A DNA stretch of 64,000 bases, taken from NCBI GenBank assembly GCA_963755025.1, contig CAVWIH010000037.1:1-64000 (forward strand). The letters are read 5' to 3'. A program made the position numbers and the translations under genes. Below the pieces are notes generated by a model. It was not told the origin of the DNA, searched no databases, and saw only the letters and a program-made list of their open reading frames with translations. This document shows positions 11,627-19,831 of this stretch, in pieces. The DNA is from an uncultured Actinomycetes bacterium (GTDB taxonomy: Bacteria; Actinomycetota; Thermoleophilia; UBA2241). The first letter of the stretch is position 1. Every line of letters begins with the position of its first letter.

Positions 11627-13063
11627 ATGACAGACGTGGGCAAGCAGGCCGCTGTCGGCCTCACGAGTTTTCTCACCGAGCCGCAGAAGCAGCAGATCTA
11701 CGACACCGCCCTCGGCATTCTCGCCGACATCGGTATGAAGGTGCACCACGACGAAGGCGAAGCGGTCATGCTCGCGGGCGGCGCCACGCGCGACGCCGCC
11801 GGCCTCGTGCACGTGCCGGCCGAGATGGTGCGCGCGGCGCGGGCCACCGTGCCCGCGAGCTTCACGGTCTACGACCGCGACGGCGAGCCGGCCATGGAGG
11901 TCGGCGGTCGCAACTCCTACTACGGCAACGGCTCCGACCTCATGCACCTCTTCGACCTCGAGACGCGCGAGCGCCGTCTGGCCAGCCTGGCCGACGTCAC
12001 GGTGGCCGCGCGCCTGTGCGACGCGCTGCCCGACATCGACTTCGTCATGTCGGGGGCCTACCCCGACGGCATGGAGGCGCAAGAGGCTTACCCGCGGCAG
12101 TTCAACGCCATGATCAAGGCCACCACCAAGCCGCTCGTCATGACCGCCGGCGGGGTCGAGACCGTCGATCCCATGTGGCGCATGGCCTGCGAGGTGCGCG
12201 GCAGCGCCGACGCCCTGCGCGCCAAGCCTTACTTCGTCATGTACAACCAGCCGGTCACGCCGCTCAAGCACCCCTTCGAGACGGTCGACAAGCTGCTCTT
12301 CTGCGCCGACCGCGGCATACCGTCGACGTACGTGCCCTCGCCGATCGCCGGCGGCACCGCCCCCATCACCACGATCGGGCAGATCACGCTGGGCCTGGCC
12401 GAGGGTCTCTTTGGCCTGGTCATGCACCAGCTGCGCGCACCCGGCGGGCCGTTCGTTTTGGGCCAGGGCCCCAACGTGCTCGACATGGCCACCGCGCAGT
12501 CCATGTACAACTCGCCCGAGTTCGTGCGCGCGTACGCCTGCGAGGTCGAGATGGCCAAGTGGCTCGAGCTGCCCAACTGGGGTTTCAGCGGGCACACCGA
12601 CTCGCAGCTGATCGACGCCCAGGCCGGCATGGAGGCCGACGAAATGACCAAGCTCTCCATGCAGCTCGGCTCCAACCTGAACCACGACGTCGGCTACCTC
12701 GACTTCGGCCTCACCGGCTCGCTCGAAGAGATCGTCATGGTCGCCGAGTTCATCGCCCGCAACCGCTGCCTGCTGGCCGAGCTCGAAGTCTCGCCCGATA
12801 CGCTGGCGGTCGACGTGCTGGTCAAGGTCGGGCCGGGCGGCGACTTTCTGGGTCAGCGCCACACCTCGCGCCACCTGCGCTCGAGCCAGTGGCGCCCCGA
12901 GCTGCTCAACCGCATGAGCCACGACCGCTGGCTCGAGACCGGCGGGCTCGACCTCACCGAAAAGGCGCACGCCAAGGCGCGCGAGATCGTGGCCACCCAC
13001 CAGACGCCGCCGCTGGCCGCCGACCTCGTCGCCCGCATCGATGCCGCCATCGCCGGGCTCTGA
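11627..13063 (+). CDS. Trimethylamine methyltransferase (MttB) superfamily protein, non-pyrrolysine
   Basis: AGGAG RBS; motifs ILADIGMKV, GGTAPIT, DSQLIDAQAGME, HDVGYLDFGLTGSLE and VGPGGDFLGQRHT; no in-frame amber codon. Confidence 0.9.
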   Translation: MTDVGKQAAVGLTSFLTEPQKQQIYDTALGILADIGMKVHHDEGEAVMLAGGATRDAAGLVHVPAEMVRAARATVPASFTVYDRDGEPAMEVGGRNSYYGNGSDLMHLFDLETRERRLASLADVTVAARLCDALPDIDFVMSGAYPDGMEAQEAYPRQFNAMIKATTKPLVMTAGGVETVDPMWRMACEVRGSADALRAKPYFVMYNQPVTPLKHPFETVDKLLFCADRGIPSTYVPSPIAGGTAPITTIGQITLGLAEGLFGLVMHQLRAPGGPFVLGQGPNVLDMATAQSMYNSPEFVRAYACEVEMAKWLELPNWGFSGHTDSQLIDAQAGMEADEMTKLSMQLGSNLNHDVGYLDFGLTGSLEEIVMVAEFIARNRCLLAELEVSPDTLAVDVLVKVGPGGDFLGQRHTSRHLRSSQWRPELLNRMSHDRWLETGGLDLTEKAHAKAREIVATHQTPPLAADLVARIDAAIAGL

Positions 13064-13192
13064 GGGTCGCGCGACAGGTCGTGAGGGGCGCGGCGGCCGT
13101 GACGGTAACGGCGGCCGCGCCGGGCGCGGCGGTCGCGGCCGCCGCGCGGGTCAGCACGGCTGGGCCGTGAGCGCGCTCGTGCTGTCTGTTCC

Positions 13193-13894
13193 GTGAGCAA
13201 GCTCGTCATGCTCGACTTCGACGGCGTGATCGCCGACTCGCTCGAGCCGACCGTGCTGGCGGCCAACGCCGTGCTCGAAGAGCACGGCTTCGCTCACCTG
13301 GCGTCGCGCGAGGCCATGCTGCGCCTCGTCGAATCGAACTGGTTCGAGGGGCTGCGCGAGGCGGGCGTGCCGCAGCGCACGGCCGACGCCATCGACGACC
13401 GCGTCGCTGGTGTGGTGCGCGCGGGCGGTCTCGCGCCGTATGCGGCCATGCCGGGCGTCATCGCGCACCTGGCGGAGCGCCACCACGTGCTCATCGTCAC
13501 CTCGAACCGCAGCGACATCGTCGAGGCGTTCCTCGCGCACTGGGCCATCACCGGGGTGAGCGAGGTGCTGGGCTGCGACAAGGGCCAGAGCAAGGTGCAC
13601 AAGATCCGCGACGTCGTGCAGCGTTTTGCCGAGGCGGGATCGGGCCGGCCCGGCACGCTCGACGCAGTGCGCTCAGGAGCCGCCGCCGGGGACCGCCCCA
13701 ACGGGGACGCCGCGGCTCCGGCGCCCGAAAGCTGGTTCGTGGGCGACACCGTGGGCGACATCGCCGAGGGTCGCGAGGCGGGCGTAGGAACCATAGCCGC
13801 GGGCTGGGGCTGGCACACGAGCGTGCAGCTCGCCGCCGCGGCGCCCGACCACCTGGCCGCCGCGCCCGCCGACCTGCTCGCGCTCCTGCTCTAG
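13193..13894 (+). CDS. HAD-superfamily hydrolase (phosphoglycolate phosphatase-like)
   Basis: Motif I LDFDGVIADS, VTSN, and motif IV FVGDTVGDI. Confidence 0.88.
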   Translation: MSKLVMLDFDGVIADSLEPTVLAANAVLEEHGFAHLASREAMLRLVESNWFEGLREAGVPQRTADAIDDRVAGVVRAGGLAPYAAMPGVIAHLAERHHVLIVTSNRSDIVEAFLAHWAITGVSEVLGCDKGQSKVHKIRDVVQRFAEAGSGRPGTLDAVRSGAAAGDRPNGDAAAPAPESWFVGDTVGDIAEGREAGVGTIAAGWGWHTSVQLAAAAPDHLAAAPADLLALLL

Positions 13895-14030
13895 GCAGCC
13901 GCCCTGCCGCCCTGCCTGCTCGACCTCCCGCCGGCGACGCGCCGGGCCCGTCGGGGCAGGCATTTGCCCTTCGCAGGGCGAACCTCAGACGGACCACGTT
14001 CGCGCTCTCGCTTTGAAGGAGGCCCCCCGC

Positions 14031-14495
14031 ATGCCTGGCATCTTCGAGTACATCCAGCACCCACACGTCGAGGCTCGCAAGGCGGCGGGGCCACCGACGG
14101 TCGCGGCGGCTGTCGCCAGCCTGCACGGCCCCGGCCCGATCGGCCGCCTGAACGCCAAGGTCGGCCTGAAGATCACCGTCATCGTCGGCACCATGTGGTG
14201 CGCCTACCTGTTCACGCTGCTCGCGCTGGTCAGCGCCCCGACCGCGTTCCGCAGCGGTAACAAGCTGATCATCGTCTCGTGGATCGCCCAGACCTTCCTG
14301 CAGCTCGTGCTGCTGCCCATCATCATCGTCGGTCAGAACGTGCAGGCCGCGGCCGCCGACGCGCGCTCGGAGGCCACCTACAAAGACGCCGCCGCCGTGC
14401 TCGAAGAGGCCAAGCAGATCCAGGCCCACCTGCTGGCTCAGGACACCGAGATCGAGAAGATCGTAGCGGCACTCGGCACCGCGACCGCCAGGTGA
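14031..14495 (+). CDS. Small membrane protein, DUF1003-like
   Basis: ATG after GAAGGAGG; two TM helices with VGTMWCAY and FLQLVLLPIIIVGQN; C-terminal coiled segment. Confidence 0.75.
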   Translation: MPGIFEYIQHPHVEARKAAGPPTVAAAVASLHGPGPIGRLNAKVGLKITVIVGTMWCAYLFTLLALVSAPTAFRSGNKLIIVSWIAQTFLQLVLLPIIIVGQNVQAAAADARSEATYKDAAAVLEEAKQIQAHLLAQDTEIEKIVAALGTATAR

Positions 14496-14622
14496 ACCAC
14501 GGCGGCCGGCATCACGATCGCCGGGTGAACTACGGCGGCCGGCGTCACGACCGCCGGGTGAACCACGGCGGCCGGCATCACGATCGCCGGGTGAGCTACG
14601 GCGGCCCGCGTCATGATCGCCG
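14491..14622. repeat. 33-bp tandem repeat x4
   Basis: Unit GGTGAACCACGGCGGCCGGCATCACGATCGCCG with few substitutions at 14491, 14524, 14557 and 14590. Confidence 0.92.
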
Positions 14623-14680
14623 CGACGTCGGCCGTGCCATGAAGGCCACATCGGGTCTCACGCTCCGCCGCGCGGCGTGA
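14492..14680 (+). CDS. Putative small His/Arg-rich repeat protein (62 aa)
   Basis: GTG start overlaps the upstream stop (GTGA) and the stop overlaps the MFS start (GTGA); encodes (VNHGGRHHDRR)-like x4. Confidence 0.4.
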   Translation: MNHGGRHHDRRVNYGGRRHDRRVNHGGRHHDRRVSYGGPRHDRRDVGRAMKATSGLTLRRAA

Positions 14681-15948
14681 GGCGACTGCCCCTCATCGAC
14701 CTCGGACCGCTGCGGCGCTACCCGCAGTTCCGCCGCCTGTGGCTCGGCCTGGCCGTCTCGCAGATAGGCTCGCAGCTCACCATGGTGGCCATCTTCTACC
14801 AGGTCTACGTGATCACGGGCTCGTCGCTCGACGTGGGCCTCGTGAGCCTGGCGCAGCTTGGACCGGCGCTCATCGGCTCGCTGCTGGGCGGCTCGGTGGC
14901 CGACGCCGTCGACCGGCGCCGCATGCTCGTCGTCACCCAGATCGCCATGGCGCTGTGCAGCGTGGGGCTTGCCCTCAACAGCTCCAGCGGTGCGCCGGCC
15001 CTGTGGCCGGTCTTCGTGCTGGCGGCGCTGAGCGCCGGCTTTGCCGGCGCCGACAGCCCAGCGCGCACTGCCATCATGATGAACCTCGTGCCCTGGGACT
15101 CCTACGCCACCGCCAACGTGCTGCGCCAGCTGCTGCTGCAGCTCTCGATCGTCGTCGGTCCGGCGCTCGGCGGCCTGCTGCTCGCTCGCTTTGGCGTGAC
15201 CACCGTCTACTGGGTCGACGTGGCGAGCTTCGTCGCCGCCGTAGCGGTGTCGCTGGCGCTACCCGCCATGGCGCCCGAAGGCGAGGGCACCAGGTTCGGG
15301 CTGCGCTCCATCGTCGAAGGCTTTCACTACCTGCGCGGCCGCCAGGCCATTCAGGGCTGCTTCGTGGCCGACCTGAACGCCATGATCCTCGGCATGCCCA
15401 CGGCGCTGTTCCCGGCGATCGCCCTCGAGCACTTCCACGGCGGGCCGCAGACGGTCGGCTACCTCTACGCGGCGCCCGGCGTGGGCGCTCTGGCGGGCAT
15501 GCTGCTCTCGGGCTGGACGGCGCGCGTGCCGCGTCCGGGGCGCGCGGTGGTCGCGTCGATCGCGGTGTGGGGAGTGGCGATCGCCGCCTTTGGCCTGTCG
15601 CCCTGGCTGTGGGTCGCCCTCGTCATGCTGGCGGTCGCCGGCTGGGCCGACGTCATCTCGGCCGTGTTTCGCAGCACCATCCTGCAGGTCGAGGCGCCCG
15701 ACCGCCTGCGCGGCCGCCTGTCGGCCATTCAGACGGCGGTGGTGGGGGGCGGGCCGCGCCTCGGCAACTTCGAGGCGGGCGTCGTGGCGGCGCTGGTCGG
15801 CGCGCAGGCGTCGGTGGTGTTCGGCGGCGTGGCCTGCGTGGCCGGCATCGCGGCGGTGGCGCGTTTCATGCCGCGCTTCGTGGGCTACCGGCTCGACGTG
15901 GGCGGCGAGGGCGGCGGCGGCCCGGCGGAGGACGCCGGCGCCGTCTAA
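14677..15948 (+). CDS. MFS transporter (EntS/DHA3-like)
   Basis: About 12 TM segments; motifs GGSVADAVDRRRML and APDRLRGRLSA. Confidence 0.92.
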   Translation: MRRLPLIDLGPLRRYPQFRRLWLGLAVSQIGSQLTMVAIFYQVYVITGSSLDVGLVSLAQLGPALIGSLLGGSVADAVDRRRMLVVTQIAMALCSVGLALNSSSGAPALWPVFVLAALSAGFAGADSPARTAIMMNLVPWDSYATANVLRQLLLQLSIVVGPALGGLLLARFGVTTVYWVDVASFVAAVAVSLALPAMAPEGEGTRFGLRSIVEGFHYLRGRQAIQGCFVADLNAMILGMPTALFPAIALEHFHGGPQTVGYLYAAPGVGALAGMLLSGWTARVPRPGRAVVASIAVWGVAIAAFGLSPWLWVALVMLAVAGWADVISAVFRSTILQVEAPDRLRGRLSAIQTAVVGGGPRLGNFEAGVVAALVGAQASVVFGGVACVAGIAAVARFMPRFVGYRLDVGGEGGGGPAEDAGAV

Positions 15949-16025
15949 GGCGGCGCTGGCTGCCCCGCCGAGCACGGCGCCGGCGGCTCCACCGAGCATG
16001 GCGCCGACCCCAGAGGCAATGAGAA

Positions 16026-16065
16026 ACGGGCGGGGCGGGGCGCTTGTGCGCCCCGCCCCGCCCGT
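16026..16065. terminator. Bidirectional hairpin between the convergent MFS and helicase genes
   Basis: ACGGGCGGGGCGGGGCGC-TTGT-GCGCCCCGCCCCGCCCGT. Confidence 0.75.
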
Positions 16066-16105
16066 CTGACGCTGCGAGTGGGCCTGTGTGTGCTACCCGG
16101 CGGCT

Positions 16106-17368
16106 TTAGCGGCTGGGCTTCTTGGCAAAGCGAAAGCCGCGCTGCATGGCGCGCTGGGCGCCGCCGCGGTAGAGCATCTTGCCGGGCCGCTTGGGCACAT
16201 CTTTGGAGTCGGGGATGTGGCGGTGCTCGTACTCGAAGCCGGGCAGGTCGCGGCGCTCGATCTCGGCGCCGATCAGGCGCTCGATGGCCTTGAGCTCGTG
16301 CACGTCTTCGGCGGTGAGCAGAATGACGGCCTCGCCGCTGGCGCCGGCGCGCGCGGTGCGGCCGATGCGGTGGACGTAGTCTTCGGGCTTGGTCGGTATG
16401 TCATAGTTGACGACGTGCGAGATGCCGTCGACGTCGATGCCGCGCGCCACGATGTCGGTGGCGATGAGCACCGAGAAGCGCCCGTTCTTAAAGCCTTCGA
16501 GCGCCTTCTCGCGCTGCGACTGCGTGCGGTTGGAGTGCATGATGGTGCCCTTGATGCCGTGCTTGGCGAGATGGGTCTCGAGGCGGTCGGCGCGGTGTTT
16601 GGTACGCGTGAAGATCAGGGCGCGGGCGGGCTTGTGATGGCGCAGGAAGCTGATGAGGAGCTCGGTCTTTTGCTCGGCGGTGACAGGGTAGACCGCCTGG
16701 TTGACCTCGTCGACCGGCATGGCGACCTCGCCGATCTGGATGCGTACGGGGTCGTGCAGGGTGTCGCGCACGGCTTCGAGGACGCCGCGCGACATGGTGG
16801 CCGAGAAGAGCAGGTTCTGGCGCTTTGCCGGCAGCTTGCGGATGATGCGCTGCACGTCGGGCCAGAAGCCCATGTCGAGCATGCGGTCGGCTTCGTCTAA
16901 CACGACGATCTCGACCTTGGAGAGGGTGAGGTCGCCGCGCTGGATCATGTCGAGCAGGCGGCCCGGCGTGGCGATGACGAGGTCGACCCCGCGGCGCACA
17001 GCTTTCATCTGGGGCTCGTACGGCACGCCGCCGTAGACGGCCACGACGTGCTGGCCGGTGTGTTTGCAGCAGGCGCGGGCGACTTCGTCGATCTGGGCGC
17101 AGAGCTCGCGCGTGGGGGTGACGACGAGGGCGCGCACGCCCTGGCCGCGACCGAGGCGCTGCAGGATGGGCAGCACGAAGGCCGCCGTCTTGCCGGTGCC
17201 CGTCTGGGCGCAGCCGACGACGTCGCGGCCGTCGAGCACCTGGGGGATGGCTTGTTCCTGGATGGGCGTCGGCGTGTCGTAGCCGAGGGCTTCGACGGCG
17301 TCGAGCATGGCGCCCTCGAGACCGAGGTCGGCGAAACGGCTAGCGGTTCGGGTAGTCATGAGTGTCAT
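16106..17368 (-). CDS. DEAD-box RNA helicase (RhlE-like)
   Basis: Q motif TPIQ, AQTGTGKT, PTREL, TPGR, DEAD, SAT, ARGID and HRIGRTAR; start after AGGAGAC. Confidence 0.95.
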   Translation of the reverse strand: MTLMTTRTASRFADLGLEGAMLDAVEALGYDTPTPIQEQAIPQVLDGRDVVGCAQTGTGKTAAFVLPILQRLGRGQGVRALVVTPTRELCAQIDEVARACCKHTGQHVVAVYGGVPYEPQMKAVRRGVDLVIATPGRLLDMIQRGDLTLSKVEIVVLDEADRMLDMGFWPDVQRIIRKLPAKRQNLLFSATMSRGVLEAVRDTLHDPVRIQIGEVAMPVDEVNQAVYPVTAEQKTELLISFLRHHKPARALIFTRTKHRADRLETHLAKHGIKGTIMHSNRTQSQREKALEGFKNGRFSVLIATDIVARGIDVDGISHVVNYDIPTKPEDYVHRIGRTARAGASGEAVILLTAEDVHELKAIERLIGAEIERRDLPGFEYEHRHIPDSKDVPKRPGKMLYRGGAQRAMQRGFRFAKKPSR

Positions 17369-17643
17369 TGGTGAAAAAGTCTCCTTCTGAGGCCGTGTCC
17401 GCCGGCGGCGCTGCCGGCGCGCGGTAGCGCGCCTGGGCCACACGTCTCGACACTCGGCGGTCCGCGCGTGAACGCGGGTATGCCGAGTGGAGCTGCGACG
17501 GAAGAATGGGGATGACAGCTTCCTTTCTAAGGCGAGAAAGCTGCCGGTGGCACTCAGGTTTCTCTGTTCGGCTAAGAAGAGGATCGGGGTCGCGGGGTGC
17601 GACCTACGGGATCTGCACCGGCTCTTCGTTATCTACGATAGTG

Positions 17644-17673
17644 ACAATAGCATGTATGGCCCCATCGTGGCAA
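17644..17673 (-). promoter_or_regulatory. Candidate sigma70 promoter of the helicase
   Basis: Minus strand TTGCCA-18 nt-TATTGT with an extended TG, in a locally AT-richer stretch. Confidence 0.45.
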
Positions 17674-17711
17674 GGAGCAAACCTGCCCGCTTGCAGGGAG
17701 AGTGCGCGACG

Positions 17712-18416
17712 CTAGCGGCTGGCGAGCCCGCCGGCCGTCTCGCCGCCGTCGATGACGACCGACGAACCGGTCATGTAGGCGGCTTCGTCGCAGGCCAGAA
17801 AGGCGAGCAGCGCGGCGATCTCGGTGGGCCGCGCGTGGCGGCCCAGGGGGATCTTGGCGTTGACCGCGGCCATCATCTCGGGGGTGTACTCGGCCTCCTG
17901 CATGGGCGTGAGCACATAGCCCGGGCACACGGCGTTCACGCGCACTTTGGGCGCCCACTCGAGCGCCAGGGTGCGGGTGAGGGCGAGCACGGCCGCCTTG
18001 GTGGCGTTGTAGTCGGCGTAGTGGGGGTGGCCGACCAGGGCGTTGGTCGAGGCCACATTGATGACCGTACCGCCGCCGCCGGCGAGCATGACACGGCCGG
18101 CGACCTGGGCGACGTTGAAGACGCCGGTGAGGTTGGTCTGCAGCACCTGCTGCCAGTCGGCGGGCGTGATCTCGAGGGCGAGGTGACGAACGCTGGTGCC
18201 GGCGTTGCTCACCACCACGTCGGCCGTGCCGATCTGGGCGAACGCCGCCTCGACCTGGGCGAGGTCGCCGACGTCGCAGGCGATGCCGCCGGGCGAGGGG
18301 TGGCGCGACAGGTCGAACACCGTGCAGCCCTCGTCGCGAAAGCGCGCCACCGTGGCGGCGCCTATGCCGCTGCTGCCGCCGGTCACCACGACCGTCTTGC
18401 CCGAAAGCCCGTTCAT
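17712..18416 (-). CDS. Short-chain dehydrogenase/reductase
   Basis: TGGSSGIG, SNAG, YNATK catalytic motif, VRVNAVCPG and IDGG. Confidence 0.95.
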   Translation of the reverse strand: MNGLSGKTVVVTGGSSGIGAATVARFRDEGCTVFDLSRHPSPGGIACDVGDLAQVEAAFAQIGTADVVVSNAGTSVRHLALEITPADWQQVLQTNLTGVFNVAQVAGRVMLAGGGGTVINVASTNALVGHPHYADYNATKAAVLALTRTLALEWAPKVRVNAVCPGYVLTPMQEAEYTPEMMAAVNAKIPLGRHARPTEIAALLAFLACDEAAYMTGSSVVIDGGETAGGLASR

Positions 18417-18537
18417 GCGACGCTCCTTCTGTCAGTTCGCCGGCGCCAGGGCTGTGCCCGCCAGATCCAGCCCGACGCCGAGCGCGATTCTAGCAGGCGG
18501 CAGAGCACGGCGGGGCAGAGGCCTGTAGCATGACGAA

Positions 18538-18635
18538 GACGGCTGCGAGCGGCTGCGGCACTGCGACGGTCGCGAGAGGCTGCGGCGCCGCGGAGACGGT
18601 CGCGAGAGGCTGCGGCGCCGCGGCGACGGTCGCGA
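18538..18635. repeat. 30-bp tandem repeat (~3 copies) in a divergent intergenic region
   Basis: GACGGTCGCGAGAGGCTGCGGCGCCGCGGM at 18565 and 18595, a partial copy at 18625 and a degenerate copy at 18538. Confidence 0.85.
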
Positions 18636-18665
18636 AAAACTCGAGCGAAACGGGCGGGAGGCAGG

Positions 18666-19157
18666 GTGACCGAGATCGACGGCGCAAGGCTGGGCGTGCT
18701 CTCCGATACGCACGGCAGGTTCGACCCTGCCCTGCACGACGTCTTCGCCGGCGTGGCGCACATCGTGCACGCCGGCGACGTGGGCAGCCGCGACGTGCTG
18801 CTCGAGCTGACCACCATCGCCCCGGTGACCGCCGTGGGCGGCAACACCGACGCCTGGTTCGGCGCCGAGGAGCTGCCCGACGAGGCCGTCGTCGAGATCG
18901 CCGGCCACCGGCTGCTGGTGGGCCACATCAGCGCCGTCCTGCTGGGCCGCCATGCGCCGGCGCTCGAGGGCTTCGACGCGGTCATCACCGGCCACTCTCA
19001 CCGCTACGCCATGTCGCGCAACGACGACGTGCTGTACCTGAACCCGGGGTCGGCGGGGGCGGCGCGCTTTGGCCTGCCGCGCACCGTGGCGATCGTCGAG
19101 CTTGGCGGCGGGGGCCTGAAGGTGACGCGGGTCGATCTGAGCGTGCAGGTGGGGTGA
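18666..19157 (+). CDS. YfcE/MJ0936-family metallophosphoesterase
   Basis: Motifs SDTHG, HAGDV, GNTD, GHSH and LNPGSAG. Confidence 0.92.
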   Translation: MTEIDGARLGVLSDTHGRFDPALHDVFAGVAHIVHAGDVGSRDVLLELTTIAPVTAVGGNTDAWFGAEELPDEAVVEIAGHRLLVGHISAVLLGRHAPALEGFDAVITGHSHRYAMSRNDDVLYLNPGSAGAARFGLPRTVAIVELGGGGLKVTRVDLSVQVG

Positions 19158-19220
19158 CGCGCATCGGGTCGAGTGGGCGGGCGGTGTGACGTGCGGGTGC
19201 TCGTTACCGCGCCCGCCGAC

Positions 19221-19643
19221 CTAGGAAGCCGGTATCGGCGCCGTTGTGGTGCTCGATACCTTCACGAGAGTCACCGGCATCATCATGACAAAGGCCAGGT
19301 AGCCAGGTCCCTCCTGGCCCGCCACCACCTCCTCTGTTGCCAGCAGGCAGGAGTGGGGGCGGACCGTCAGTCCGATCGTCTCGGTCTTTGCGGGGGGCGA
19401 AGCGGTGCCGCCAAAGCTGACGGTGAGCGTGTCGTCGTGCCCGTCAAGAACTCCAACGCCCTTGAAATCGTCGCCCCCGGGGTCGGCCACGACGAGATAG
19501 CCCGGGTGGGCCTTGCTGATCACGAAGATCGGCCCGTCGTTGGTCTGAGTCCGCCACGTTCCCACAAACGGGTCCTTCGCGTGCCCGCAGCCGGCGAGCA
19601 GCAAGACGGCGGCGAAGACGATGAGGGTGATAGCGCGTTTCAT
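19221..19643 (-). CDS. Putative lipoprotein
   Basis: MKRAITLIVFAAVLLLAGC lipobox followed by DPFVGTW. Confidence 0.75.
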   Translation of the reverse strand: MKRAITLIVFAAVLLLAGCGHAKDPFVGTWRTQTNDGPIFVISKAHPGYLVVADPGGDDFKGVGVLDGHDDTLTVSFGGTASPPAKTETIGLTVRPHSCLLATEEVVAGQEGPGYLAFVMMMPVTLVKVSSTTTAPIPAS

Positions 19644-19726
19644 ACGCACAGCATAGCAGGGGCGGGCGACGCGGGCGTCCGACCCATGTGGAGCCGGCGC
19701 GCGGGCTGGATGGCGAAGAAAACCAG

Positions 19727-19803
<77 letters not shown>

Positions 19804-19831
19804 ACGGGGAGTGCGAAGTATACCCGACGCC

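Noticed and set aside
11627-13063. Pyrrolysine-containing MttB
   Set aside because: The ORF is full length with no in-frame TAG.
14491-14622. 33-bp repeats as a CRISPR array
   Set aside because: No spacers; contiguous tandem units with internal substitutions.
18530-19189. Cys-containing repeat ORF (TVARGCGAA) as a RiPP precursor
   Set aside because: The frame runs on through the phosphoesterase gene without a nearby stop, has no clear RBS, and has no modifying enzymes nearby.
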